A stretch of 64,000 nt of DNA from Pirellulaceae bacterium (GTDB taxonomy: Bacteria > Planctomycetota > Planctomycetia > Pirellulales > Pirellulaceae), in assembly GCA_045105035.1 (NCBI GenBank), contig JBGCCZ010000134.1:153-64152 (forward strand), in the 5' to 3' direction. A model generated the notes under the pieces. The model saw nothing but the letters and a program-made list of their open reading frames with translations, was not told where the DNA came from and did not search any database. The first letter of the stretch is position 1. Each line of letters starts with the position of its first letter. Shown piece by piece: positions 39,263-49,492 of the stretch. A program made the translations under genes and the position numbers.

Positions 39263-39746
39263 GGTTATTCCTCCCTCACGCCTTCCTGAGAACGTGAGTC
39301 GAGAGATCAAAGAACAAAAACTGGGTTCCGCTTTTCCTTAAAGAGTCAAAGCGGCAGGACCAGTGGTGGGACATACGTGTCCCGGCGATATCAAATTGCG
39401 TGATAGAACAATTCAATTTGCCCTATCAAGCTTAACGTAGAGAATCCAAGAAACAAACAGGATTATCATCGAAAGGCGGTGAGCCCTGAATCCGGAACGA
39501 TTTCTTCTTTCTCACGGTGGCTTAGACAGGTTGTATACGCATAGGTTCGCAATTCCTTCGCGATAAATCCAGAAATTCTCTGTATACCGCTTTTCTTGGT
39601 TGCAGGTGAAACCGCAAGGAAGTGCGGCAACTGCTGCTTGCGTGGCAAACCACAGGAAGAGCAGCTCCGCTAGATTCAGTATGGTGCTCGATTGTGCAGA
39701 CTTTCACAAATCACGAAGCCCAGGGGAAATTCCATTCCTCGAAACT

Positions 39747-40616
39747 CTAGTCTTCTTTGGCTTCGGACTCTTTGCTCATGGATCGGAGCGATTTGCGCAG
39801 CTGTTGGCTCAAGGAGGGTTCTTCGTATTGAAAGTAGTCACCGAGTCGTTTGAGTGACTCTTTGCGTTGCTCCGGAGTGAGCTCAGCGAACAGTTTGGCT
39901 CGGGCTTTAGCTCGAATGACCAGGATCGCCAGCCTTGCTTCTTCTTCGATTTTGGCGGCTCGTTCCATCAGGTTCTGTTTCTGATCGTCGTGGACTCCGA
40001 TCTCTTGTCCAAGGCGGCCTTCGGTGAGTGCTTCCCCGATTCCGGTTTGTGCGATCTCAACTTGATAGGCGATTTGCCGCAGACGAACGAGTTGCTCGGG
40101 GAGCAGAATCTCTTCTAACGCCTCCTCCGCTTCAATGCGATTCTGCTGCATCAACTCTCGGAAGTTCTCGCCGCCCAACCGAATGGCACCGCCACCGCCA
40201 CTGGCTTCTTTGAGTTGCTCGCGGACCATGGTTGAGAGGCGCTTTTGTGAGGCCTTCATGATCGACTCCGAGCCCTTAAACTGGTCTTCGGTTAGGTCCA
40301 GCTCGCGGCGCACGGACGCGTTTGAAAGCAAATTGAATAACTGAGACCGACTGTTCGGATCAACGCCACCCCCAAGACCCGAAATAGAGAAGCCGGAAGG
40401 TCCTCCGGTTCCAAAGCTCATCGAGGAGAATCCTTCGGCAATTCTGGCTCCTGCTTCGCCGCCTTGCATGTCTGCGTCGCCCACACCGAGGACTTGGATT
40501 TGGGCCTGCTGCCCATAGAGGCTGGCCGTTCCCGACAATGCTGCTGGGATACAAAGGCATAGTCGGAGGAAAATATTTTGGAGTTTTGCAGATGGAGAGA
40601 GCATATTCGATCTCAA
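39747..40616 (-). CDS. Secreted helical protein with LTxxQ-like (Spy/CpxP-like) repeats
   Basis: Signal peptide; LTEDQ, LLPEQ, LTPEQ motifs in a helical region. Confidence 0.65.
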   Translation of the reverse strand: MRSNMLSPSAKLQNIFLRLCLCIPAALSGTASLYGQQAQIQVLGVGDADMQGGEAGARIAEGFSSMSFGTGGPSGFSISGLGGGVDPNSRSQLFNLLSNASVRRELDLTEDQFKGSESIMKASQKRLSTMVREQLKEASGGGGAIRLGGENFRELMQQNRIEAEEALEEILLPEQLVRLRQIAYQVEIAQTGIGEALTEGRLGQEIGVHDDQKQNLMERAAKIEEEARLAILVIRAKARAKLFAELTPEQRKESLKRLGDYFQYEEPSLSQQLRKSLRSMSKESEAKED

Positions 40617-40879
40617 GAGTGGATTGGGTGGAATCTGGGCTGCCTAGTCAACGTTCTATTGCGCTGCGGATACAAGCCAGGAGTTGATTCGGCAGCGTCG
40701 AAGCGAGTCTGTAGCGTTCTGGCGAATCCACAGACCGCGACTGGCGTAATAGTTACCCCCAAGCTAATCTTGTTGCGGCTTCCGGGAAAGAACTGTTCTG
40801 TACAGGCACTTGATGCCTTGTCTGCGGTTCGTTCTTTTCTTCTTTCTCGCTCCGCCCCGACCCAACGAAAAAGACAACC

Positions 40880-41062
40880 ATGGCGCGTTTCAGTGCATTG
40901 CTGAAGGAGACTTGGTGGTTGTGGCTGCTTTTCGCGGCCGGCGGTACCGCACTTTCCTTCTTCAGTCCCGTATTCGTTGTTACTTTTCCAATCTGCATCT
41001 TTACGTTTTTCTGGTTCGCGTTCGTGCGCTACGATGCTGAAGGCAATTTTAAGGGCAGCTAA
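40880..41062 (+). CDS. Small (60 aa) two-TM membrane protein
   Basis: 'LLKETWWLWLLF...FFWFAFVRYDAEGNF'. ATG start, directly upstream of the SDR gene. Confidence 0.65.
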   Translation: MARFSALLKETWWLWLLFAAGGTALSFFSPVFVVTFPICIFTFFWFAFVRYDAEGNFKGS

Positions 41063-41082
41063 GGCGGGCAATCTCGAGTCCC

Positions 41083-42819
41083 ATGAGTGAACAAGATCCT
41101 GTGCCCGCCGAGTCAAACAACACTTCTGTGTCGCTGGCAGTAACCAACGAGCAATTGCAAGAAGTGGCATCGGTGCTGGAAGCCGTAGTCTCAGATCGCG
41201 GTGTCCTTTTGCAGTTACCCAGAGCCGAGCAGGAGCGTCTGTTGAAAGCAGCCGGACAGGTTGCCAATCCCGGAAGGGCGGCTAAGCGGCAATTGGTTCG
41301 AGCGGCCCGTGCAGAACGGAAAAAGCGCCAAGCCGAGCGATTGCAGCGGGATGAAGAAGTGTTGGCGAAGACTGGGATTCGCCAAGCTGCCTCCAGTCAA
41401 TCGGTTGGCCTATTGCCGCAGTCATCAGCAACGCAGCTCCCGTCGAGGCGGCGGATTAACCACGCTCCCCCCGATCCATTTGAAGAGATCCTACCGCACG
41501 CAGAGTCGATAGAGGAAAATAACTTTATTGGTGAATTGGAGGAACCGCGAAACTGCTACATTTGCAAAGCAGATTTTCGCAAGTTGCACTTTCATTACGA
41601 CGCAATGTGCCCAAGTTGTGCCGAGTTCAATTGGCAGAAGCGCAATCAGTCGGCGGACCTGACTGGTCGATACGCCTTGGTGACTGGAGGGCGGGTCAAA
41701 ATTGGCTTCGAGACAGCGCTCAAGCTACTCCGCAGCGGTGCAAATGTGGTCGTGACAACTCGTTTTCCCAACGACGCGGCGAGGCGGTTCTTGGCTGTCG
41801 AGGACAGTGCAGATTTTCAAACGCGTTTGCATGTCTTCGGGTTGGACATGCGGCACATACCCAGCGTGGAGGCTCTCGCAAAGCATCTGAGTGCGACCCT
41901 TCCACGGCTTGATTTTCTGTTTAACAACGCCTGCCAAACCGTTCGCCGTCCGCCTGCTTTCTATCACCATATGATGGAGGAGGAGCGGCGACATGTCGAT
42001 CATTTGAGCTTGGCTGAGCAATCGATTTTGGAGAGCTATGCAGAGCTAAAGGGGAACTCAGGTCCTGCGCTGGATCGATTGCCTTCACGAACTGTGGCTC
42101 CGACGGGGAGTAGCAATGACAGTGGCGAATCCAGTGGATCGCTGCCAAGTTCTCGTATTGAAGACGCAGGTGGGGCAGGTGCTTCAAAGGACTTGCTCGC
42201 AGGCTTATTCGGCGCGGCGGAACTCTCTCAAGTGCCGCTGGCTAAAGAGGACTCGTTGTTCAAAAAACCGGAATCGGAGATCTTCCCAGGCGGGCAGTAC
42301 GACCGTGATGACCAACAAGTTGATTTGCGTGAGAAGAACAGTTGGCGTCTAAAATTGGACGAAGTCGAGTCAGTCGAACTTTTGGAAGTGCAGTTGGTCA
42401 ACGCGGTTGCGCCGTACATCTTGAACGCTAGGCTCAAACCGCTGATGAAGCGCACTCCGAGCCACGACAAGCACATCGTGAATGTGTCCGCCATGGAAGG
42501 CGTCTTTTATAGGGCCTTTAAGCGTGATACGCATCCTCATACCAACATGGCGAAGGCGGCGCTGAACATGATGACTCGAACAGCTGCGTCCGATTACATC
42601 CGCGATCATATCCACATGAACAGTGTCGATACCGGGTGGATTACGGATGAAGATCCGGTAGAGATCACTGAGCGTAAGCGTCAGGAACGGGGGTTCTCAA
42701 CTCCATTGGATTCCATTGACGCAGCGGCGCGCATTTGCGATCCGGTCTTCCACGGATTGAATACAGGCGAACACCATTGGGGTAAGTTCCTGAAGGACTA
42801 CCACGTCTCGAACTGGTAA
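41083..42819 (+). CDS. Atypical SDR-family oxidoreductase with N-terminal Cys4 motif
   Basis: CYIC...CPSC, TGGRVKIG, NNA, NVSAMEG, HTNMAKAAL, SVDTGWI. Confidence 0.85.
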   Translation: MSEQDPVPAESNNTSVSLAVTNEQLQEVASVLEAVVSDRGVLLQLPRAEQERLLKAAGQVANPGRAAKRQLVRAARAERKKRQAERLQRDEEVLAKTGIRQAASSQSVGLLPQSSATQLPSRRRINHAPPDPFEEILPHAESIEENNFIGELEEPRNCYICKADFRKLHFHYDAMCPSCAEFNWQKRNQSADLTGRYALVTGGRVKIGFETALKLLRSGANVVVTTRFPNDAARRFLAVEDSADFQTRLHVFGLDMRHIPSVEALAKHLSATLPRLDFLFNNACQTVRRPPAFYHHMMEEERRHVDHLSLAEQSILESYAELKGNSGPALDRLPSRTVAPTGSSNDSGESSGSLPSSRIEDAGGAGASKDLLAGLFGAAELSQVPLAKEDSLFKKPESEIFPGGQYDRDDQQVDLREKNSWRLKLDEVESVELLEVQLVNAVAPYILNARLKPLMKRTPSHDKHIVNVSAMEGVFYRAFKRDTHPHTNMAKAALNMMTRTAASDYIRDHIHMNSVDTGWITDEDPVEITERKRQERGFSTPLDSIDAAARICDPVFHGLNTGEHHWGKFLKDYHVSNW

Positions 42820-42901
42820 GTTCCGGAACGTTCGCGGAGTACCTGTGAAGCCGACGCGAGATCAACTTTGAGATTTGCCCCGCGCTCGGACTTGTTTGCG
42901 T

Positions 42902-44197
42902 TTAGGTATCGAGTTCGTAGAAAATCGACTCTACGTTGCCTCGGAGGATCTGGCTGCCGAATTCGATTGCTCGTGTTTCGCTCCATCCTCGACCAATGAC
43001 AAATTGATCAGCCAAAGTTGCAGCCAAACAACGCTTGAACATCGCAAACTTCGGTAGCGCGAATTCGAGTTTATACATGTCGCTATAGTAGCCAACGATC
43101 TTGTTCCGAGGAACGGCTTCCATGCGAGCTTGCAAGTCGCTGGAGATGTAGGCTGGCGTGTTGCTGTACCACCAGTGTCCGTTGCAAACTACGTTGGGGA
43201 AGATCCAAGCGTAACTGACTAATTCTTGGTTTGTTACGCTGGCCAGTACCGAGATTGGAAACGTCACATTCGGGAACGCGTTGAAGAGGTCTTTGTATTG
43301 AATCAACGATACTCTGCTGTCGTACAAGTCTTGTCCCTGGAACACACCGTCTGGATAGACGGCTCGGTTGACCCCAATCATCAAGTCGAATGGTAATGAG
43401 AAGTCGGCGCAGTTCTCAGCGAGTTTCCAGAAGACCCAATAGCTCAAGGTTTGTACGGCCGTGCAGGGCGGGCCACTTTCGCCTTGTTTTAAGATCGAAT
43501 CCAAAGCTGCTGCGGCCGAAGCGTCGTCGATATAAGTAGGTGCAAAGTCGGGTGGCAAACTGATGGCGCAAGCCCTCGCCCCTTTGGACTTGAAGTGCTC
43601 GAAACGCTGGCGGATCGCCGCGGATAAGTCTTTTAAGGTCTGTACTTCGATACCGCTGGATTTGGCAAGACGCTCTTGGACCGGTTTGCGGTAGAAGTGA
43701 AAGACGAGCTCGTCCGTCCTTAAGCAGGGTACGTAGCGTTGGGTATCGAAGCCGCTGAGGTCATCATCAAAGTCGTTGGTCAGGAAGACGGCTTCCAGTT
43801 TCGATTTTGCGAGGACTTCCGATTCCCAGTCTGGTTGGTCAAGCTTGGCTTGTGCCGCATCGTAGAGCGTTTCCCAATTCGAGCTGTCGAGCCTCTCCAG
43901 TTCAACGCCGAATAATTCCTTGGCGGCTTCTAGCATCCACGACAACTGGACCGTATTGTCGATGTGTCCTAGTCCGCTGGCTAACCGCTCGACTTTTTCC
44001 TTGGGCGAAAGTGACTCGTCTTCAATGTCCTCTCTCGGCATACCGGCCGAATGGGCGAGTTCGGTGTAATAGTGGTATCCCAAGAAATCAGCCAGAGTCG
44101 AACTGGCAGGGCTGAGAGGATTGATGTGCGTGTGCGGGTCGATGAGAACCAGCTTGTTGAGTTCTTGGAAAAGGCTGTCTTGAAGGCTAGCGGACAT
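42902..44197 (-). CDS. Amidohydrolase-superfamily protein, uronate isomerase (UxaC)-like
   Basis: IDPHTH metal motif, 'GHWWY', 'YYSDMY'. The likely start is MSASLQ. Confidence 0.75.
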   Translation of the reverse strand: MSASLQDSLFQELNKLVLIDPHTHINPLSPASSTLADFLGYHYYTELAHSAGMPREDIEDESLSPKEKVERLASGLGHIDNTVQLSWMLEAAKELFGVELERLDSSNWETLYDAAQAKLDQPDWESEVLAKSKLEAVFLTNDFDDDLSGFDTQRYVPCLRTDELVFHFYRKPVQERLAKSSGIEVQTLKDLSAAIRQRFEHFKSKGARACAISLPPDFAPTYIDDASAAAALDSILKQGESGPPCTAVQTLSYWVFWKLAENCADFSLPFDLMIGVNRAVYPDGVFQGQDLYDSRVSLIQYKDLFNAFPNVTFPISVLASVTNQELVSYAWIFPNVVCNGHWWYSNTPAYISSDLQARMEAVPRNKIVGYYSDMYKLEFALPKFAMFKRCLAATLADQFVIGRGWSETRAIEFGSQILRGNVESIFYELDT

Positions 44198-44642
44198 GGC
44201 TGTTTGCAGTGAAGGCTTGGGGTGCGGATGACGGACCAAATAGTGTGACAAATGATTGTTCGAGAGAGAAGAACCCTGCCAAGTGTCTGCGTTTTGTGGG
44301 ATATCCAGGGAGTTTCGGCATATTCGCAGCCAGCCCGTTACGAGGCTCCTGGGATTTCCGTTCGGCAGTCCGCCTGGCTCATTGGATTCTCGTTGGGAGC
44401 CTGGACCTTTGCTCCGGCGCAAGGGTAATCGGAAAAAGGGCAATCGGAAAAACTTGCCTGTTAGGCAAGGAACGGCGGGTTGAGCGGCAATATCGAGTGA
44501 TTTGGGAGCGTCTCGTTCATCCGTTTTTGATTTGAGTCGTGCTGGAAGGCTACAATGCGCAGACAGAATCGTGCGGCTTGGGCGTATCGCAGCTTCAAGG
44601 ATTCCCGTACTTTCGCCGCTGAGAATGCTCAGGAGTTGGACT

Positions 44643-46088
44643 GTGAACGAAACCGATGCAGGAAAGTTGTCGCCCGACGATGCGGCAAATGAAACCGAAG
44701 CGGCTCAGTCCGAGGCCAAGAGCGCAGACCAAAATTTGGAAGCGGTTCCGAGGCATGAAGCGGCAGATTCAGTTGCAAAACCAGTATCAGGCCGTGATGT
44801 ACATCCACTGCATTTAGCCACGTCGACGTTTCTAAGCCTGCTGATGGTACTTGGCTTGCTGTTGTTGGCTCGACTGTTGGTCCCCTCTTTAGTTGAGAGT
44901 ATTCGATACAGTTGGCATCGCGGTCAGCTCCGGGCTGAGTATGAATTGAGTGTGGAGCACTTGAAGAGCGTGTCGCTGGATTCGCTTGCAGACGTCTCCA
45001 AGCTGGTTAGCCAGCGTATGGGGCCGAGCGTAGTGCACATCAATGTGCGCCCACGAGTGTCAACGACTTTTGCAAATTCGTTAAGTTTGGGTGGAGCGTT
45101 CGAGGGGCAGGGCAGCGGCTTTGTGATTGGGGCAGAGGGCTACATCCTGACTAACGATCATGTTCTTGAAGATGGTGGCGATATCGAAGTCACGATGAGT
45201 GATGGGCGTAAGCTGCCTGCCAAGATCCAGGGGCGAGATCGTCATACTGATCTTGCTGTGATCAAAGTGGACGCCGGAGACTTGCTCCCAATCGAATGGG
45301 GCGAGAGTCAGGGGATCGCTGTAGGGACCCCGGTTTGGGCAGTGGGGAGTCCATTTGGTTTGCAGCAAACGGTGACCTTCGGAATTATCAGCGGCAAACA
45401 TCGCGTCGACTTTGGGCGAACACGTGGTGCAAGGAATGTTCGTGGTGGGACTCCGTACGGTGATTTGATGCAAAGTGACGTTGCTTTGAATCCGGGTAAT
45501 AGTGGCGGGCCGCTGGTGAACTCACTTGGGCAAGTTGTCGGCGTGAATGCTGCGATTCTTGGCGAGACGTTCCAGGGAGTCAGTTTTTCAATACCGAGTC
45601 GAGTCGCGCGAGTGGTTGCCGATCAATTGATTCAGGAAGGCGCGGTGCCTCGTGGTTGGCTGGGTGTCGAGCTGCGGGAATTGTCGCGGCTAGAAAAATA
45701 CTCTGAGGACGGCCGGGTTCGTCCCGGCGTTAAGATTGGGCGATTTCCGGCAAATATGGACTCGCCAGCCAAGGACTCCGGATTGATGGTCGGTGACATT
45801 ATTACTGCTTTTGAGGGTCAGCCGATTTTCGACCGCACTGAATTGATTCGTATGATTGGTGAATCAGCAGCCGGCTCGACGGTCATGCTAACGATCGAAA
45901 GGCCGATTACCGACGAACTGCTCGGCATGGATGAGTCTGAAGAATCGAAAGACTCGAGCAATCCGGCGTCTGAGTCGGAGAAAGAGCGAGGCTCTGGACC
46001 GGATTCTGCGGGTGAGGAACCCATCGCAGATGCTTTCGAAGTCTTGGAAGTGAGAGTCAAGCTTCGACAGCGAGACCCGCGTCTGTAA
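44643..46088 (+). CDS. HtrA/DegS-like serine protease (TM, trypsin domain, one PDZ)
   Basis: GSGFVI, TNDHV, TDLAVIK, NPGNSGGPL, 'RGWLGV' PDZ. Confidence 0.92.
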   Translation: MNETDAGKLSPDDAANETEAAQSEAKSADQNLEAVPRHEAADSVAKPVSGRDVHPLHLATSTFLSLLMVLGLLLLARLLVPSLVESIRYSWHRGQLRAEYELSVEHLKSVSLDSLADVSKLVSQRMGPSVVHINVRPRVSTTFANSLSLGGAFEGQGSGFVIGAEGYILTNDHVLEDGGDIEVTMSDGRKLPAKIQGRDRHTDLAVIKVDAGDLLPIEWGESQGIAVGTPVWAVGSPFGLQQTVTFGIISGKHRVDFGRTRGARNVRGGTPYGDLMQSDVALNPGNSGGPLVNSLGQVVGVNAAILGETFQGVSFSIPSRVARVVADQLIQEGAVPRGWLGVELRELSRLEKYSEDGRVRPGVKIGRFPANMDSPAKDSGLMVGDIITAFEGQPIFDRTELIRMIGESAAGSTVMLTIERPITDELLGMDESEESKDSSNPASESEKERGSGPDSAGEEPIADAFEVLEVRVKLRQRDPRL

Positions 46089-46212
46089 GCCACTCGTTCG
46101 CTATTATTTCGGCTCGCTGCGCATTCGATTACGCGGATCGATTCCGTGGATCGTCGTTTGTGCTTAAGCTCTTGTGTGCAGTCTGTGTGTGTCGCCCGTT
46201 TAGGTCAGCTTC

Positions 46213-46533
46213 GTGAAACGCTACTCTGAGTACTTCTTGGCACTGTTGCTGGCAGGGATTTTGGCGGCCATCTACACCTGGATGGGAATCCGCGTCTTTA
46301 ATTTCGCTCTTGGTTTGGCGGCGGTTTGGTTTGTGATTTCCATTGTGCTGTTAAGTCGACCACCTGGGATCCCGGAGTTCGTGTCCGATCAATCTGATCC
46401 AGACGAGCAGCATATAACGCGGAAGGATGTGATCCCAACTCTAGGTATTCTGGATCGAGTGCGATTGTCCCTAAGTGTGGCTTGTGGCGCTTGTTTGCTG
46501 CTATGGCTGTCGCTCGTCTTGCTGGCAAAGTAG
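46213..46533 (+). CDS. Small membrane protein (3 TM)
   Basis: Hydrophobic 106-aa ORF filling the gap between genes on the same strand. Confidence 0.6.
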   Translation: MKRYSEYFLALLLAGILAAIYTWMGIRVFNFALGLAAVWFVISIVLLSRPPGIPEFVSDQSDPDEQHITRKDVIPTLGILDRVRLSLSVACGACLLLWLSLVLLAK

Positions 46534-46678
46534 GCGTCGTCCCCGCTACTCAAGTTGTTGCTGTGGCCAGCCGCTCCACTCGGAGTAGAATGAGGGACTC
46601 TGTGGGTAGCTGCCAAGCCAGCCGCAGATTCCGAAAAGACTTAGACGTTGACTGCAATTTCTCTCTGAGGTGACTTGA

Positions 46679-47869
46679 ATGTCCTTTTCCCGATTTCAAC
46701 GGGTCCTTTGGGTGTTCGTCTTGTGCGTATTTTCGACACAGGTTCGAGCCGAAGATCCAAAGTTGAGTTCTCTTGGCTTCGCTAGTGAAAAACCTGAAAG
46801 TGGCCCAGCGATCGAGGTCGAGGGCGGGTTTTTGGTTCCTTACACGTTGGTTGTGCCTGGAACGGAGGTCGAGATCAAGATGGTGCCGATCCCTGGCGGG
46901 ACGTTCAATCTTGGCAGCTCAGAGGACTCTGAGGGACACGTCGAAGACGAAGCGCCGACGGTAGAGATTGAAGTTGGGCCGATGTGGGTTGCCAAATACG
47001 AGACGACTTGGGAACAGTATCAGCTTTACATGTCGATGTACCGGATTTTTAAAGACCTGCAAGGGCAGGGTTTGCGGATGGTGAACGCGGACAATGAAGT
47101 TGACGCGGTCACCGCACCAACGGAGCTCTACGATCCGTCGTTTACTTTCAAGTACGGGCAGGAGTCCAACCTTCCGGCCGTGACCATGACACAGTACGCA
47201 GCGAAGCAATACACGAAGTGGTTGAGCAAACTTGTGGCCCACCAATACCGTCTGCCAACGGAAGCGGAGTGGGAGTATGCTTGCCGCGCGGGTTCTGAGA
47301 CGGAGTACTCCTTCGGCGATGACCCGGCAGTGCTGGGAGACTACGCATGGTTTTTCGAGAACTCGGACGGTATTCCTCACGGAGTCGGCGAGAAGAAGCC
47401 GAATCCCTTTGGCCTACACGATATGCATGGCAATGCAATGGAATTGGTGATTGGGGCGTACACCGAAGATGGTTACATGGCCCTAGAAGAGAATGGTGCT
47501 AAGACCGTTGTGGACTCGATTCAGTGGTCCGAGACTTTTGACAATCGATGCGTCCGCGGCGGTAGCTTTGAAGACGACGCGGAATTGCTGCGGAGTGCAG
47601 CGCGTTTGGGCTCGCAGGGTGAAGATTGGAAGACGGAAGACCCCAACGTGCCGCTAAGCCCATGGTGGTACACCGATGATCCAACGCGCGGGATCGGCTT
47701 CCGAATCGTACGTTCGTACAAACCCCTCGATGATGAGTTGATTGTCAAATTTTGGGATATCGACAACGAAGACATCGAGCTGGATGTCAATATGCGTTTG
47801 GATGAAGGCCGTGGTGTACTGACGCCGGTTGATCCTGCGTTGGCTGAGGCGATTAAAGACGCTCAGTAG
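46679..47869 (+). CDS. Secreted FGE-sulfatase (SUMF1/EgtB/PvdO) domain protein
   Basis: IPGGTFNLGS, RLPTEAEWEYACRAG, NPFGLHDMHGN, RGGSF, IGFRIVR. Confidence 0.9.
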   Translation: MSFSRFQRVLWVFVLCVFSTQVRAEDPKLSSLGFASEKPESGPAIEVEGGFLVPYTLVVPGTEVEIKMVPIPGGTFNLGSSEDSEGHVEDEAPTVEIEVGPMWVAKYETTWEQYQLYMSMYRIFKDLQGQGLRMVNADNEVDAVTAPTELYDPSFTFKYGQESNLPAVTMTQYAAKQYTKWLSKLVAHQYRLPTEAEWEYACRAGSETEYSFGDDPAVLGDYAWFFENSDGIPHGVGEKKPNPFGLHDMHGNAMELVIGAYTEDGYMALEENGAKTVVDSIQWSETFDNRCVRGGSFEDDAELLRSAARLGSQGEDWKTEDPNVPLSPWWYTDDPTRGIGFRIVRSYKPLDDELIVKFWDIDNEDIELDVNMRLDEGRGVLTPVDPALAEAIKDAQ

Positions 47870-47981
47870 GATTCTTGTGTTGTGCCTGAGTTTAATGTGC
47901 TGGATCCGATGATGATGGGAGAGCACTTTGGACTGGTCGATTTTGCCAATGCCGCTCTAGATCGCTAGTAGGACTAAAGGA

Positions 47982-48992
47982 ATGGAGCACGACGAAGTAC
48001 CGTCGTCCAAAGTCTCGCCCTCTGACTTGGGGCTGGATCAGCTTGAGTGGGGGCGACTAGAGGACTGGGTTCAGCTGGTCCGCTTTCCAACCACGTTCAC
48101 GCTGCTCTCAGGAACCATGTCGGCTGCAATCGTTGCTGGACAGGGGTGGCTGCCGCTCTCCGCGTTTTTGCCAACCGTGTTGGCTTCTTTGGCAGTTTAC
48201 TGGGCAGGGATGATCCTAAATGACGTGGTCGACATCGAAGAAGATCGGCTTCATCGACCAAAGCGTCCTCTGGCTGCTGGGAAAATCTCCCCAGTAATCG
48301 CCGGGCACGTCGGGACGGCTCTGCTGATGCTCGCCCCAATCGTCATCTTGGGCGTGACTGCGATGCACTCTAGCCAGCCGCTTTGGCAAGGAGTGGCCTT
48401 TCTTGCGGCGGTGCTGTTGTCGTTGTGTGTGCGAGTCTACGACTCGTCGCTGAAGTCAACGCTGCTGGGGCCAATTCTGATGGCAGGCTGTCGCGGGCTT
48501 AACATTTTGATGGTCGGCTGCACGATGCTCGCAGTGAGCGATATCGAAGTTTTTCCGTTGGAGTTGGCTTACTTCGCCGGCGGCATAGCCTTGTACATCT
48601 GTGGGATCACAGTCTTTGCCAAGAGCGAAGAGCTGGATGCAAAAGAAAGTGGCAACTTAGTACTGGGCTTGCTTCTGCAGGCTGCCGGGCTGATCGTGAT
48701 TGCACTGCTTCCACGCTGGGCGACGGCCGCGGAAATGTGGTATCTGGATCCGCTGCGTTACTATCCGTTGCTTATTGGATTGATCGGAATGACCGTAGCG
48801 AATCGCGCGTTTCAGGCGATTCGGAGTCCGATTTCACGGAACGTCATTTTAGCGGTCAAGCACGCGTTGCTTACGCTGATTCTGATCGATGCCGCAGTTG
48901 CTCTAATGTGGTGCGGCCCGTGGTTTGGGGGAGTCGTTGTAGCTCTGCTCGTACCAGCGCTCTTTATGGCGATATCCGTGCGTTCGACCTAG
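47982..48992 (+). CDS. UbiA-family prenyltransferase (EboC-like)
   Basis: 'GMILNDVVDIEEDRLHRPKRPL', 'YD...K', 'MAGCRGLN'; multiple TM segments. Confidence 0.85.
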   Translation: MEHDEVPSSKVSPSDLGLDQLEWGRLEDWVQLVRFPTTFTLLSGTMSAAIVAGQGWLPLSAFLPTVLASLAVYWAGMILNDVVDIEEDRLHRPKRPLAAGKISPVIAGHVGTALLMLAPIVILGVTAMHSSQPLWQGVAFLAAVLLSLCVRVYDSSLKSTLLGPILMAGCRGLNILMVGCTMLAVSDIEVFPLELAYFAGGIALYICGITVFAKSEELDAKESGNLVLGLLLQAAGLIVIALLPRWATAAEMWYLDPLRYYPLLIGLIGMTVANRAFQAIRSPISRNVILAVKHALLTLILIDAAVALMWCGPWFGGVVVALLVPALFMAISVRST

Positions 48993-49015
48993 CGTGTACG
49001 CTGTGTTCACCCGGT

Positions 49016-49375
49016 TTACTGCGCTGGCTTTGGGGTAATCGGCTGGACTTCTTGAATCGCCATTTCTGCATCGATTCGAGTGCGGTCTAAGTGGATGGAC
49101 CATTCGCCTCGGTCGCCACCAATGGCCCAAGTCCCATACAAAGTGCCTTCGCCATCGTATTGGCCGACGTAAACAACCGAGTGCCGGTGCTCGTACTGCT
49201 TAAGAATCTCGACCGTGCCATCCGGTCCGAGCGTTCCGTTGAGATCAAAAGGCGCGATGACATCGACGCCTGTTCCTGAAAGTTTCTGACCCTGAAAGCT
49301 CAGCTTCAACTCGCTCACCATCTGGCGACCAAAACCGGTTTGTTGCCACCAACCGCTGCAAGCACATTGACTCAT
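49016..49375 (-). CDS. Hypothetical small beta protein
   Basis: 119-aa ORF 'GWWQQ...G.GVD...F...G...KQY...HSVVYVG...GTW'. Confidence 0.7.
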   Translation of the reverse strand: MSQCACSGWWQQTGFGRQMVSELKLSFQGQKLSGTGVDVIAPFDLNGTLGPDGTVEILKQYEHRHSVVYVGQYDGEGTLYGTWAIGGDRGEWSIHLDRTRIDAEMAIQEVQPITPKPAQ

Positions 49376-49492
49376 TGAAATTCACTCCACTTCGAATCGG
49401 CTGGCGATAGAGATCTTTTTCGCCTCGCTGAATTCTAGCGCAGGGCGGGGCTGGGGCAACTCGAGCTTGAATCTACGGCGAAACCCACGCGG

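Noticed and set aside
40613-41170. 185-aa minus-strand ORF, and the many other short antisense or overlapping ORFs in the track
   Set aside because: They overlap better-supported genes, have no recognisable motifs, and are expected shadow ORFs in GC-rich DNA.
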